From the NCBI GenBank assembly GCA_016180085.1, contig JACPBX010000031.1, positions 1-61,003 of the forward strand: a stretch of 61,003 nt of DNA, read 5' to 3'. Below the pieces are notes generated by a model. The model made no database searches. It was given only the letters and a program-made list of their open reading frames with translations, and was not told the DNA's origin. The position numbers and the translations under genes are program-made. This DNA comes from Candidatus Woesearchaeota archaeon (GTDB lineage Archaea; Nanobdellota; Nanobdellia; Woesearchaeales; UBA10216). This document shows, one piece after another, positions 27,485 to 37,115 of this stretch (positions are counted from its first letter, which is position 1; every line of letters starts with the position of its first letter).

Positions 27485-28068
27485 TGCAGCGCTCTTTCTT
27501 TACTTATTATTTTCTATTTCTGCTTTTGGCAGCAGCAACTGTAGCCATAAATGCTTCGCAAAACGCCAATGCTGCCGGTTTTGGCGTTTCCCCATCCAAC
27601 ATGGAATTCATTGTTGAAAAAGGCTCGCAGGCGTCAAGGCAGCTCATGCTTTACAACACGAATGAAGAGGCTGCCGAGTTCACAGCCATGAGCAGCAATC
27701 CGGAAACCACGAAGGTCTCGCCAGAGAGAGGCACAGTGCCGGGGGAAGGCACCACTTCAATTACGGTTACCGCGAGAGGGATTAAAAAGAATAAAGAAGG
27801 TAAAAGCGAAGGGGAAATAGTTATAAGCTTTGACAACCGCAACATCGACGCTGACAGGGAGGTAAGCCTCTCGCTTGGCACTGCTGTTGCAGTGAAAGTG
27901 GATGTCGTGAAAGGCGCGGCTTTGGCTGTAAACGCCATTATTGGCGTGATAGTCTCGGCAAGCATTGTCATGGCGGGATTGGCGGCGTATTATGCAACAA
28001 GAAGAAGGGCAGGAAAGCCGTCAACCGATTTTCATTCTGCTTACGACCTTTACATGGCGCGCAGGTAG
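27484..28068 (+). CDS. Ig-like surface protein with a C-terminal membrane anchor
   Basis: Signal peptide, GFGVSPS start, C-terminal TM followed by RRR. Confidence 0.72.
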   Translation: MQRSFFTYYFLFLLLAAATVAINASQNANAAGFGVSPSNMEFIVEKGSQASRQLMLYNTNEEAAEFTAMSSNPETTKVSPERGTVPGEGTTSITVTARGIKKNKEGKSEGEIVISFDNRNIDADREVSLSLGTAVAVKVDVVKGAALAVNAIIGVIVSASIVMAGLAAYYATRRRAGKPSTDFHSAYDLYMARR

Positions 28069-28122
28069 CAGACCAAAAGCAAAACCCAAAAATTTATATA
28101 TATACATATGAATATCTATGCT

Positions 28123-28368
28123 ATGGCAAGGACGATAATGATTGCTGACAGGATTTATGAGGAGTTGAAGAAGGCAAAAGGCAGCGATAAAAGCTTCAGT
28201 GACGTGATAGGTGAAGCTCTTGAAGCGTCAAAGCCTAAGAAGACTATAGCTGGAGTTTTGAAGTATGCTGGTATCCTTAAGGGCGATACAGAGTACGACG
28301 AATTAATGAAGTGGTCAAAAAAGAGATGGAAAGAATGGCAGGATAGATCATGGAAAAAATCTGTTTAG
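28123..28368 (+). CDS. VapB-type antitoxin
   Basis: MARTIMIADRIYEELKKAKGSDKSFSDVI; upstream of a PIN gene. Confidence 0.85.
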   Translation: MARTIMIADRIYEELKKAKGSDKSFSDVIGEALEASKPKKTIAGVLKYAGILKGDTEYDELMKWSKKRWKEWQDRSWKKSV

Positions 28369-28666
28369 ATACATCAATTTGCATTGATTTAATAAAAACA
28401 GGCAACAAAAGGGCACTATCTCCTTTTTTAACTGCCGAGGCTTTTTTAAGTTCAATGACCCTTTTTGAATTAAGGCTTAGGACGCACAACTTGGAGGAGG
28501 CCGAATTGTTCATTAGCACATTCGAAATATTGGCGTTTGACAAGAAAGCAGCCGAGGAAGCAAGCAACATAGAGAAGGACTTGAAAAGCAGGGGGGCCTT
28601 AATCGGGCGGGAAGACATTTCTCGAGGATTAAAGGGCTTAAGCTGGTTAAGCTGCATCACGAATAA
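28350..28666 (+). pseudogene. VapC/PIN toxin with internal deletion and frameshift
   Basis: CLDTS...IGREDI in one frame; the expected tail RHFSRIKGLKLVKL lies in another frame from 28613; the intervening PIN segment is absent. Confidence 0.8.
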
Positions 28667-30474
28667 TAGAACCTCCCCTGCGCCTTCTGCTCTCTGTCAA
28701 GCCTTGATTCCGGCGAATTAATCCTCGGCCTGTTTGAGTCCTTGTCGCGCCTCAGCGTGATGTTAAGGCTGCGGAGGAAGCTGTTCATTCCGTCCTCCAT
28801 TGAGAAAGGCCCTTTTGCTTCCCCTTTTATCGCCGGCTCGCCTTCGAACACCATCAGCATGTCGGATATGTAATCGACAAGCAGCAGGTCGTGGTCAACA
28901 ACCAAGGCGGTTTTGCCGTGCACATCCATTCTCTCGCGCAGCAGCTTTGAAACAGCAATGCGCTGCTCAACGTCAAGGTACGCTGCCGGCTCATCCAGCA
29001 AATAGAGGTCGGCATCCTCTGCAAGGCATTTAGCAATCATAACCCTTTGCAGTTCCCCTCCTGACAATTCGCTGACCTTTTTCAGCAGCAACGGCTCAAT
29101 TTCCAGCCTAGCCATAAGCTGTGCGTCATTCTGCGCTTTTGCCAGTATGTTTGTCACCTGCTCATCTGCTTTTTCAGTCGCGTGGATATACTGCGGCTTG
29201 TACGAAATCCTCACGCTCGCGCCTATGCTGCCGACGTCAGGCTTTATCTCCCCTGCCAGCATCCTGACAAAGGTTGTTTTCCCAAGCCCGTTTTCCCCAA
29301 GAACTCCGATGACGTGCTTTTTAGGCAGCTCTCCCGCAGCGGCAGTGAAGCGGAATTTTCCTAATTTCTTGCTGAAGTCACCCCACTTGACAAGGCCTTC
29401 CTTGCCGATGACCTTCTTTGGCGGCTTAGTCTCGAACCTTATCTCGTGCTGCCTGAAGCGCATGTTTTCCTCCTTTAGGTAACCTTCAAGATAGGTGTTT
29501 ATCGCTGTCCTTGTTGGCCTTGGCTTGCTTGCTATCCCGTAAGCGCCAGCCTCGCCGTACATTATGTGCACAGAATCCGCAAGGTAATCCATGACAATCA
29601 GGTCGTGCTCTACCGCAACAACGGCTGTTTCAGGCTTTGCCAGTTTCCTGATGTACTGGCTGGCCTTTATCCTCTGCTTTATGTCAAGGTAGGATGTTGG
29701 CTCATCAAACACGAAAACGTTTGAGCTCTGACTGTCTTTGAGCACGGCAGCGGCAATGGCTATCCGCTGCAGCTCCCCTCCCGAGACCTGACCTATCTCG
29801 GTTTCGAGGACATTTCCTATTCCCAGCTCTTCTGCAACAGCAGCGATTTTTTTGCTGTCGCTGCAGACTTTGTGCAACAGCTGCTGCGCCGTGCCTTTGA
29901 ACGTTTTCGGAATCGCATCAACCGCCTGCGGCTTCATTGACACCCTTATTTTTCCATCGCGCACTTTCTCAAAGAACACCTGTGCTTCGGAGCCCTTGAA
30001 CATCTTAATCAACTTGTTGATGGGCTCTTTTTCTTCTTCTTTTTTCCCTTTCGCTTCAGTAGCTGTTGCAGCCGCCTCTTTTATCCCGAAATTCGGCATC
30101 ACCATCTGCGCAATTATTTTGACTGCCGTGCTTTTGCCAATGCCGTTGATGCCCAGTATCCCGTTTACCTGCCCAAACAGAGGCACGGCCAGGCTGAACA
30201 GAGAGAATCCGTCTATTCCAAACCGGTGCACTGGCTTTTCAGTGAGCTTCTCGGGCAGCTTCACCATGTGGATTGCGCCGAAAGGGCACTTCTTTACAGT
30301 AATGCTTTCAGCGTCAGTGCAAACCTCTTCGTTCACTTGGGCTTTGCCGTCAGGCCCTATAACAAAAACTTCGTTGCCCATCCTGTTTCCAGGGCTAACC
30401 CTGATGCACAGATAACCTCCACAGCCCTGGGGGTTGCACTTGTCCTTCTCTATTACCGCTATTCTCCTTGCCAT
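28657..30474 (-). CDS. rli: Ribosome recycling ATPase ABCE1/RLI
   Basis: N-terminal Fe-S domain and two ABC cassettes (GINGIGKST, SGGELQR twice, DEP). Confidence 0.95.
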   Translation of the reverse strand: MARRIAVIEKDKCNPQGCGGYLCIRVSPGNRMGNEVFVIGPDGKAQVNEEVCTDAESITVKKCPFGAIHMVKLPEKLTEKPVHRFGIDGFSLFSLAVPLFGQVNGILGINGIGKSTAVKIIAQMVMPNFGIKEAAATATEAKGKKEEEKEPINKLIKMFKGSEAQVFFEKVRDGKIRVSMKPQAVDAIPKTFKGTAQQLLHKVCSDSKKIAAVAEELGIGNVLETEIGQVSGGELQRIAIAAAVLKDSQSSNVFVFDEPTSYLDIKQRIKASQYIRKLAKPETAVVAVEHDLIVMDYLADSVHIMYGEAGAYGIASKPRPTRTAINTYLEGYLKEENMRFRQHEIRFETKPPKKVIGKEGLVKWGDFSKKLGKFRFTAAAGELPKKHVIGVLGENGLGKTTFVRMLAGEIKPDVGSIGASVRISYKPQYIHATEKADEQVTNILAKAQNDAQLMARLEIEPLLLKKVSELSGGELQRVMIAKCLAEDADLYLLDEPAAYLDVEQRIAVSKLLRERMDVHGKTALVVDHDLLLVDYISDMLMVFEGEPAIKGEAKGPFSMEDGMNSFLRSLNITLRRDKDSNRPRINSPESRLDREQKAQGRFYYS

Positions 30475-30567
30475 ATTAATCGGAGTGAAGATTTGGATGA
30501 TGGTTTAAATTAGTTGCGGCTTTTCCGGCAACAGGTTTTTATATGATTAAAAACTTCCATAGGCTGT

Positions 30568-31467
30568 ATGAAGCGCAGCCTTATGGACGAGGTCGGGGTA
30601 TTGCTGCTGAGGCACGGCTACACTGTAAAAAGCCTCACGAGGGCAAGCTTTGACATCGTGGCAAGGAAGGGCTCGCATGTGCTTCTTATCAAGGTGCTTG
30701 AGGACGCCAACAGCATCAGCGAGGACTACGCAAGCTCCATGAAGGGCCTTGGCAGCTACATCGATGCCTCGCCTGTGGTTATCGCTGAAAAAGCCGGGCA
30801 CGCCCTGGAAGACGGGGTTGTTTACTCAAGGTTTGGCGTTTACACGTTCAATTACAGCACGTTCAGCAGCTGCCTTGAAAACAGGTTCCCCATAATCATA
30901 AGCACGAAGGCAGGCTTCACCGCATCCGTCGTTGGCGAGAAGCTGAGACGGCAGAGGGAGGAAAAAGGGCTCTCCCTTGGAGCAATATCCGGGAAGGTTG
31001 GCGTTTCAAAGAGGATGATTTCAAAGTACGAGTCAAACGATGCAGACGTTTCACTGAGAAGCGCCATTGCCCTGAACAGGCTTTTCGGCAGCGGCATATT
31101 CAACAAGGTCGATGTCTTCGCAGTAGCCAGGGAAACCGCGAGCAAAAACCCTTCAGTCATTGCAAGGAAATACGACGAGCTGGGATTCCGGGCAGCGGAC
31201 ACGAAAAAGGCGCCTTTCGACGTCATTGCAAAGCTGGAGAAAGAGCTCATACTCACCGATGTTTCCCCGAAAAAGGGAGCGAATCCCCAGCTTGAGTCGC
31301 TGCAGCAGCTGCTTGGCGCAGATGCCCTGGTGATTTTAGACAAAAAGGCAGCAACCAGCTCATACACTGAAAAGAATAAAAAGAAGCTGCCATCCCTGCA
31401 GAAAAGGGACTTTTTGGACTTTAATTCGGCAAAGGAGCTTATCAGGTTTTTGAAGGAGTTTGAATAA
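30568..31467 (+). CDS. Conserved archaeal Cro/C1-type HTH transcriptional regulator
   Basis: FDIVARK...LIKVL N-domain; HTH LRRQREEKGLSLGAISGKVGVSKRMISKYE; KKAPFDVIA. Confidence 0.85.
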   Translation: MKRSLMDEVGVLLLRHGYTVKSLTRASFDIVARKGSHVLLIKVLEDANSISEDYASSMKGLGSYIDASPVVIAEKAGHALEDGVVYSRFGVYTFNYSTFSSCLENRFPIIISTKAGFTASVVGEKLRRQREEKGLSLGAISGKVGVSKRMISKYESNDADVSLRSAIALNRLFGSGIFNKVDVFAVARETASKNPSVIARKYDELGFRAADTKKAPFDVIAKLEKELILTDVSPKKGANPQLESLQQLLGADALVILDKKAATSSYTEKNKKKLPSLQKRDFLDFNSAKELIRFLKEFE

Positions 31468-31474
31468 GCCTGTT

Positions 31475-31837
31475 TTACCTGCTTTTCTCCAGGTATTGCT
31501 TGTGAACTACAACAGTAACATGATCTAATCCATTATTGGAGGCTATACGGAGTAAGTCTTCCAATACCAGCCTACCGGTTGGGTTTAGTAACTCATATCC
31601 TGAACCGTTCGGTGATGGCTCAAGTATTACTGGAAAAGGCTGAATCTGTTCATTGCCTGGCTCATTGCCTGCCGCGTTCTGCACATCCGGCAGCACAAAA
31701 TGAGCCAACAGCTTCACTCTGCCGTAACCGCCGGAGATTTGCTTTAGTATTTGCGATTCAAGCTTCATCAATCCAACTGACGAGCCGTCCGGGCGCTGCA
31801 GTTCAGCGGGGAATTGAGTCAGGTAAACAAGTTTCAT
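31475..31837 (-). CDS. Hypothetical protein (120 aa)
   Basis: Non-overlapping 3' part of the 327-aa track ORF, starting at MKLVYLTQ. Confidence 0.5.
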   Translation of the reverse strand: MKLVYLTQFPAELQRPDGSSVGLMKLESQILKQISGGYGRVKLLAHFVLPDVQNAAGNEPGNEQIQPFPVILEPSPNGSGYELLNPTGRLVLEDLLRIASNNGLDHVTVVVHKQYLEKSR

Positions 31838-32003
31838 TTTGCTGCTCCTGCCCCCTTTTCTGAACAGCTTTCTAAATTTTCTAAACCTTCCAAATAAGCA
31901 GGGTAAGCTGATTTTGTTTAAAAAGGTTTGGCGAGAAATACAGGAACCCAACCTGAAATCATAGTGGGAAATCTTTATAAACAGCCTCGGCTGCCGCAGC
32001 AGC

Positions 32004-33884
32004 ATGCCAAAAAGCAGCGAGCCAAAAGGCAGTGAAAAGGCAGGGAAGATTGAGAAGCTCGTTCCTGACACATCAGTCATAATTGAAGGAATGGTCAGCA
32101 GAAAGATAAAATCCGGTGAGATAAAGCCCTCTGCGGTTGTTATCCACGAGGCAGTCATTGCTGAGCTTGAGCACCAAGCCAACACGAACAAGACCATCGG
32201 CTTTCTGGGCCTTGACGAAATCAAAAGATTGAAGGAACTTTCTGACGAGTTTGGTTTCACATTAGAATTCGCAGGTGTAAGGCCGCACGCTGCCGAGATA
32301 AGGCACGCAAAGCTTGGCGAGATTGACGCGCTGATAAGGCAGCTCGCCTTTGAGACAGACGGAACCCTGATGACAGCTGACAAGGTCCAAGCAGAGGTTT
32401 CCAGGGCTAAGAACATTCCTACGATTTTTGTTGAGATTGAGCAGATGCAGCATGCCATAAGGCTTGAAAGCTACTTTGACGAGGCAACAATGAGCGTGCA
32501 CCTCAGGGAGAACGTTGCGCCGAAGGCAAAGAAGGGAGTGCCGGGAAACTGGTCTTTCACAGAGATTGCTGACAAGCCGTTGTCAAGGGAAGAAGTAAAG
32601 GAGATGTCCCGGGAAATCATTGAGGAAGCCGGAGTTAGAAGGGACGGCTTTGTTGAGATTGAACGGCCAGGCTCAACCATTGTGCAGCTCGGCCCTTACA
32701 GGATTGTCATCACAAGGCCTCCATTGTCTGACGGCTGGGAGATAACAGCTGTAAGGCCTGTGAAGAAGCTGGCCCTGGATGACTACAAACTTTCTGACAA
32801 GCTCAGGCACCGCATAAAAGAGCAGGCAGAGGGAATACTCATTGCAGGCTCGCCAGGGGCCGGGAAATCCACTTTCGCTCAGGCACTTGCTGAGCATTAC
32901 GCGTTGCAGGACAAAATTGTAAAAACAGTTGAAGCTCCCCGTGATCTGCTTCTGCCTGATAGCATAACTCAGTATGCAATCAGCCACGGCTCACCGCAGG
33001 AAATCCATGACATACTGCTCTTGTCAAGGCCTGACTACACAATCTTTGATGAAATGAGGAACACAGCAGACTTCCAGCTCTTTGCAGATCTCAGGCTTGC
33101 AGGCATAGGTTTAGCCGGTGTTGTCCACGCCACAAACCCGATAGACGCCATCCAGCGCTTTGTTGGGAGGATTGAGCTGGGTGTTATCCCGCAAATAATT
33201 GATACCGTCATTTTCATAAAAAACGGCTTTGTGGGAAAAGTGCTAAGCCTGAACATGACTGTCAAGGTTCCTGAAGGAATGACCGAGGCAGACCTCGCAA
33301 GGCCTGTTGTTGTTGTCAATGATTTCGAAACGGGCAAGCTGGAATACGAGCTTTACAGCTACGGAGAGGAAACGGTTGTAATTCCGGTAAGCAGCCTTGC
33401 CAGAAGCAGGAGCCCGATTCAAAAATTCGCGGCAACCGCCATTGAGGATAAGCTGAAGGAATACGTCAGCAGCGCAAGGGTCGAGATGGCTTCTGACAAC
33501 AAATGCATAGTTTACGTTCCTGAAAAAGAGATAGCCAGGCTTATTGGCAAAGAAGGAAGGAACATTGCTGCAATCGAGGAAAGGCTTGGGGTGGGCATTG
33601 ATGTCCAGCCATTAAGCGCAAAGAGGGCAGCGGCTGCAGCCAGTGAAGGCGAAGACGAGAACATCGCGTTTGATGCCCAGATAGGCAAGAAGCACGTCGG
33701 GTTCTCTGTTGACGGCATCTTCGCCAACAAAAACGTCAAAATCTACGTTGACGGCGATTACGTGATGACTGCAAATGTCGGCAAGGACGGTATCTTCAAG
33801 ATTTCAAGGAAGAACAAGATTGGCAAGGTCATTGCCGATGCTGTCAGCTCAGGGTCTGGGCTGAAGGTTACCTTGGTAAGCTAA
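32004..33884 (+). CDS. PIN-domain ATPase with KH domain (PINA-like)
   Basis: VPDTSVII PIN domain, GSPGAGKST Walker A, FDEMR, LIGKEG KH motif. Confidence 0.9.
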   Translation: MPKSSEPKGSEKAGKIEKLVPDTSVIIEGMVSRKIKSGEIKPSAVVIHEAVIAELEHQANTNKTIGFLGLDEIKRLKELSDEFGFTLEFAGVRPHAAEIRHAKLGEIDALIRQLAFETDGTLMTADKVQAEVSRAKNIPTIFVEIEQMQHAIRLESYFDEATMSVHLRENVAPKAKKGVPGNWSFTEIADKPLSREEVKEMSREIIEEAGVRRDGFVEIERPGSTIVQLGPYRIVITRPPLSDGWEITAVRPVKKLALDDYKLSDKLRHRIKEQAEGILIAGSPGAGKSTFAQALAEHYALQDKIVKTVEAPRDLLLPDSITQYAISHGSPQEIHDILLLSRPDYTIFDEMRNTADFQLFADLRLAGIGLAGVVHATNPIDAIQRFVGRIELGVIPQIIDTVIFIKNGFVGKVLSLNMTVKVPEGMTEADLARPVVVVNDFETGKLEYELYSYGEETVVIPVSSLARSRSPIQKFAATAIEDKLKEYVSSARVEMASDNKCIVYVPEKEIARLIGKEGRNIAAIEERLGVGIDVQPLSAKRAAAAASEGEDENIAFDAQIGKKHVGFSVDGIFANKNVKIYVDGDYVMTANVGKDGIFKISRKNKIGKVIADAVSSGSGLKVTLVS

Positions 33885-33918
33885 GAAATTTGCTAAGCTA
33901 TTCTATTTTTGTTTAAGC

Positions 33919-35193
33919 TTATTTAAGCACTTCAAGAACCCCTCCTGCTGGCCAGGTTAAGGGATTCCTAGGAATAAACACGATGTTTTGTGGGTTGTAA
34001 GCCTGTGCCCCGTTTGCAAAAATCGGGACAAATTGTTCATACGCTTTGTCATATGTTTCAAAAATGCTGATTGCCTTGCCCAGCCATTTGGCATACTCCT
34101 CTGCTGCCCCGGGCTTTGTGGCAAAATATCCTGCCAATTCAAGCAACCCCATAAACCACTCGCCATTCTCTGCAGTGGAGGGATGCCGGTTTTTGTCAGA
34201 AGTGCCATCAAGCCCTTGGTACCAATCCCCAAAATACCTTGTCAAGCCCATAACTCTGGGCACTCCATTTACGGTTCCGAGGGCGGCTATTGCCTGGGGC
34301 ACTATCCTGTCCATTGTTGAGTCAGTAACCACGTCATAACGTCTTATCCACAGTTGCGCAAGGTCCACATCCCGATTATCAGTTTCCCTCAGGGGCAATA
34401 ACCGTTCTTCCAGTTTTCTTCTGCCCTTGCCTATAGCCTCTGAAAGCCCTGGAACCCTGCGCTTCCTAGCTGCTTCCAGACCGCCTAGGCTTGCTGCAAG
34501 GTTTGTAGTGTAAATCTTGGGCTCCTCCTCCCATCCATTGGCAAAAGGCTTTTCAAAGCAGCCTATCGCAACAAGGTACTGAGCTGCTTTTTGGTAAAGG
34601 CAGGAATACTTTTGCACTTCGGGGTCTCTTCTTCTTGACAACGACACCAACCAGGGCGCGCTGTAAATAAGAAGCTCGCCGAGCCATTGAGGCTCCTGCG
34701 TGTTGCTCCATTTTCCCTCTATCCTTCCAAGTGTTTCAGGATCAACCCTTGGTGAAATACAAAACTCATTGCTGTAAGCGGTTGGTTGCTTGATGACTTC
34801 GTCCATTACGCTTTCATATTTTTGCAGAATTCCGAACAGGCCGCGCCAGAGGCTGTCTATAACTTCGCTAAGAAAAAGTTTTTCATGGGATTTGAAATCA
34901 ATGCATGGCGATGAGAAGTCTTTGGGCAGGGCCTGCAGGCCGAGGAGCACGCGTATCATGTCGCGACCCCAGCTGGCACTGTATTGGCCATTTGCTGATG
35001 CCTCTCCAGCCCTGACAAGCAGAGTGTCGTCCTCACGCCAAACAAATTGCTTGACTATTTGCTCAAGAGCTTTATCCCTCAGTGCCTGAAGCTTATGAGC
35101 AGTATAAAGCAAGCTAGCAGAATGGAACTGTCTCTCTGACTGTTGCGGTTCAGAAACTGCAACGCTTGCTTGCACACCCATCCTAAATGTCAT
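33919..35193 (-). CDS. Six-hairpin glycosidase, GH15/phosphorylase-kinase-like
   Basis: WGRD, GWEEE, DLAQL, RYFGDWY and EW motifs in the expected order. Confidence 0.65.
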   Translation of the reverse strand: MTFRMGVQASVAVSEPQQSERQFHSASLLYTAHKLQALRDKALEQIVKQFVWREDDTLLVRAGEASANGQYSASWGRDMIRVLLGLQALPKDFSSPCIDFKSHEKLFLSEVIDSLWRGLFGILQKYESVMDEVIKQPTAYSNEFCISPRVDPETLGRIEGKWSNTQEPQWLGELLIYSAPWLVSLSRRRDPEVQKYSCLYQKAAQYLVAIGCFEKPFANGWEEEPKIYTTNLAASLGGLEAARKRRVPGLSEAIGKGRRKLEERLLPLRETDNRDVDLAQLWIRRYDVVTDSTMDRIVPQAIAALGTVNGVPRVMGLTRYFGDWYQGLDGTSDKNRHPSTAENGEWFMGLLELAGYFATKPGAAEEYAKWLGKAISIFETYDKAYEQFVPIFANGAQAYNPQNIVFIPRNPLTWPAGGVLEVLK

Positions 35194-35296
35194 ACTTTGG
35201 AAGATGTCATATTTATATCTTGTTATACACGGCTATGCACACGGTCTGCAAATCTTGCAAAAACATTTATATTAGCACTCTAACAGCAGTTTTGAC

Positions 35297-36589
35297 ATGC
35301 TCGACATCAAATTCATCAAAGCCAATCCCGCAGTTGTGAGGAAGGACCTTGAGCGGAGGCAGGACAAGGAGAAGCTGCCATGGGTTGACGAGGTCGTTAA
35401 GAAGCACGATGAGTGGAAGAGGTTTAAGCTGGATGTTGACAAGCTCAGGCATGGCCGCAACCTCTTAACAGCAGAGATAAGCAAGCTTCACAAGCAGAAG
35501 AAGGACATCGCTGCGAAAATAAAGGAAGCCAGGGAGATGGCTGAAAAGGTAGAAGCTTCTGATGAGAAGCTGCGGCAGCTGCAGGAAAGGGTTGATTTTA
35601 TTCTACAGCGGCTGCCAAATATACTGCACGACTCGGTTCCGGCAGGCAAAGACGATACCGAAAACAAGGAAATAAGAAGATGGGGAACCCCGAAAAAGCC
35701 CTCATTTCCCCTTAAAAACCACGGCGAACTCCTCGAGCAGCTCGGCTTGGCTGATTTTGAGCGAGCCACAAAAATTTCAGGGGCAGGCTTTCATTTCCTG
35801 AAAGGCGATTTTGTAAAGCTGGAGCTTGCCCTGATTAACTTCGCGGCTGCAGCGATAGAGAAAAAGGGATTTACGCTGATTGAACCCCCTTTGATGATGC
35901 AGAGGAAGCCGTATGAAGGCGTTACCGACATTGCCGCTTTCGAGAATGTCATGTACAGGATTGACGAGGGCAGGAAGGATGAGGAGAGCAGCTACCTCAT
36001 CGCAACTTCGGAGCACCCCATAGCAGCGATGCTGATGAACGAAACCCTGGATGAAAAGGAGCTGCCGCTGAAGTTCTGTGGCATTAGCAACTGTTTCAGA
36101 AGGGAGATTGGCAGCCACGGCATTGACACTCGCGGCCTGTTCAGGGTCCATCAGTTCAATAAGGTGGAAATGTTTGTTTTCTGCAAGCCAGAGGATTCCT
36201 GGAAGCTGCACGAAGAGCTGCTGAAGAATGCCGAAGAGTTGCTGCAGCAGCTGAAAATCCCGTATAGAGTCGTAAGCGTTTGCACTGGCGACATCGGTTC
36301 GGTTGCCGCAAAGAAATACGACCTGGAAGCGTGGTTCCCAAGGCAAAATAATTTCCGCGAGGTAGTAAGCTGCAGCAACTGCACATCCTACCAGGCAGCA
36401 TCGCTGAATATAAGGTACCCCAACGGCAAAACAGGAGAGAAGGAATACGTCCACACATTAAACTCCACAGCAATCGCAACGGGAAGGACGATGGTCGCCA
36501 TCATTGAGAATTACCAGAACAAGGACGGCACAATAACCGTGCCTGACGTGCTTGTGCCTTACGTGGGCAAGAAAACTATTGGGAAGTAA
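35297..36589 (+). CDS. serS: Serine--tRNA ligase
   Basis: MLDIKFI, LIATSEHP, FRRE, FRVHQFNKVE, EVVSCSNC and HTLNST motifs. Confidence 0.97.
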   Translation: MLDIKFIKANPAVVRKDLERRQDKEKLPWVDEVVKKHDEWKRFKLDVDKLRHGRNLLTAEISKLHKQKKDIAAKIKEAREMAEKVEASDEKLRQLQERVDFILQRLPNILHDSVPAGKDDTENKEIRRWGTPKKPSFPLKNHGELLEQLGLADFERATKISGAGFHFLKGDFVKLELALINFAAAAIEKKGFTLIEPPLMMQRKPYEGVTDIAAFENVMYRIDEGRKDEESSYLIATSEHPIAAMLMNETLDEKELPLKFCGISNCFRREIGSHGIDTRGLFRVHQFNKVEMFVFCKPEDSWKLHEELLKNAEELLQQLKIPYRVVSVCTGDIGSVAAKKYDLEAWFPRQNNFREVVSCSNCTSYQAASLNIRYPNGKTGEKEYVHTLNSTAIATGRTMVAIIENYQNKDGTITVPDVLVPYVGKKTIGK

Positions 36590-36701
36590 GCCAACAGTTG
36601 GCAGCGTAGTATGTTACTCAGTTACATATTCTTTATATACTTGGTAACATATGTCATTAAGTACCATAAAATTTATATACTCAGTAACATAAACATTCTG
36701 C

Positions 36702-37115
36702 ATGAAGGAAGAGGAACATTTTAACGCGTATAGCGAGCACCGCTCTGTCATTGATTGGGCGATTGACAAAGGCGTTGAACAGTCACAAAGGACAATAGCC
36801 ATGCACGCCTCCAGAGGGGCTGTTGAGCTTTTGTCGTTTTATCTTCATAAAGCCAAGAAGATAGACCAAGGTTTTCAGGTTAACCACAGGTGGTTCAAGA
36901 GCCCGCAAGCAGGCAGGAAGCTTCCGGAGTTTGAGAAGAAGGAAGTAATCGTGCCTAAGCTGGTTGAGCTCGAAAACAACTGCGAGAACCTGACGTACGG
37001 CTCGCAAAAGCCGGCAAGCGAAATCAAGGAAGTTGTTGAGCTGTTTAACGAAGTGGAAAAGCTACTGAAGGAGTTGGCAGGGGATGAAAAGCATGAAAAG
37101 CGAGACCAGGAATAA
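36702..37115 (+). CDS. HEPN-like protein
   Basis: Helical 137 aa with ENLTYG motif; paired with an MNT gene. Confidence 0.65.
   Translation: MKEEEHFNAYSEHRSVIDWAIDKGVEQSQRTIAMHASRGAVELLSFYLHKAKKIDQGFQVNHRWFKSPQAGRKLPEFEKKEVIVPKLVELENNCENLTYGSQKPASEIKEVVELFNEVEKLLKELAGDEKHEKRDQE

Noticed and set aside
31838-32458. N-terminal part of the 327-aa minus ORF
   Set aside because: It overlaps the PIN-ATPase gene antisense and its promoter; only the last 120 aa are plausible.
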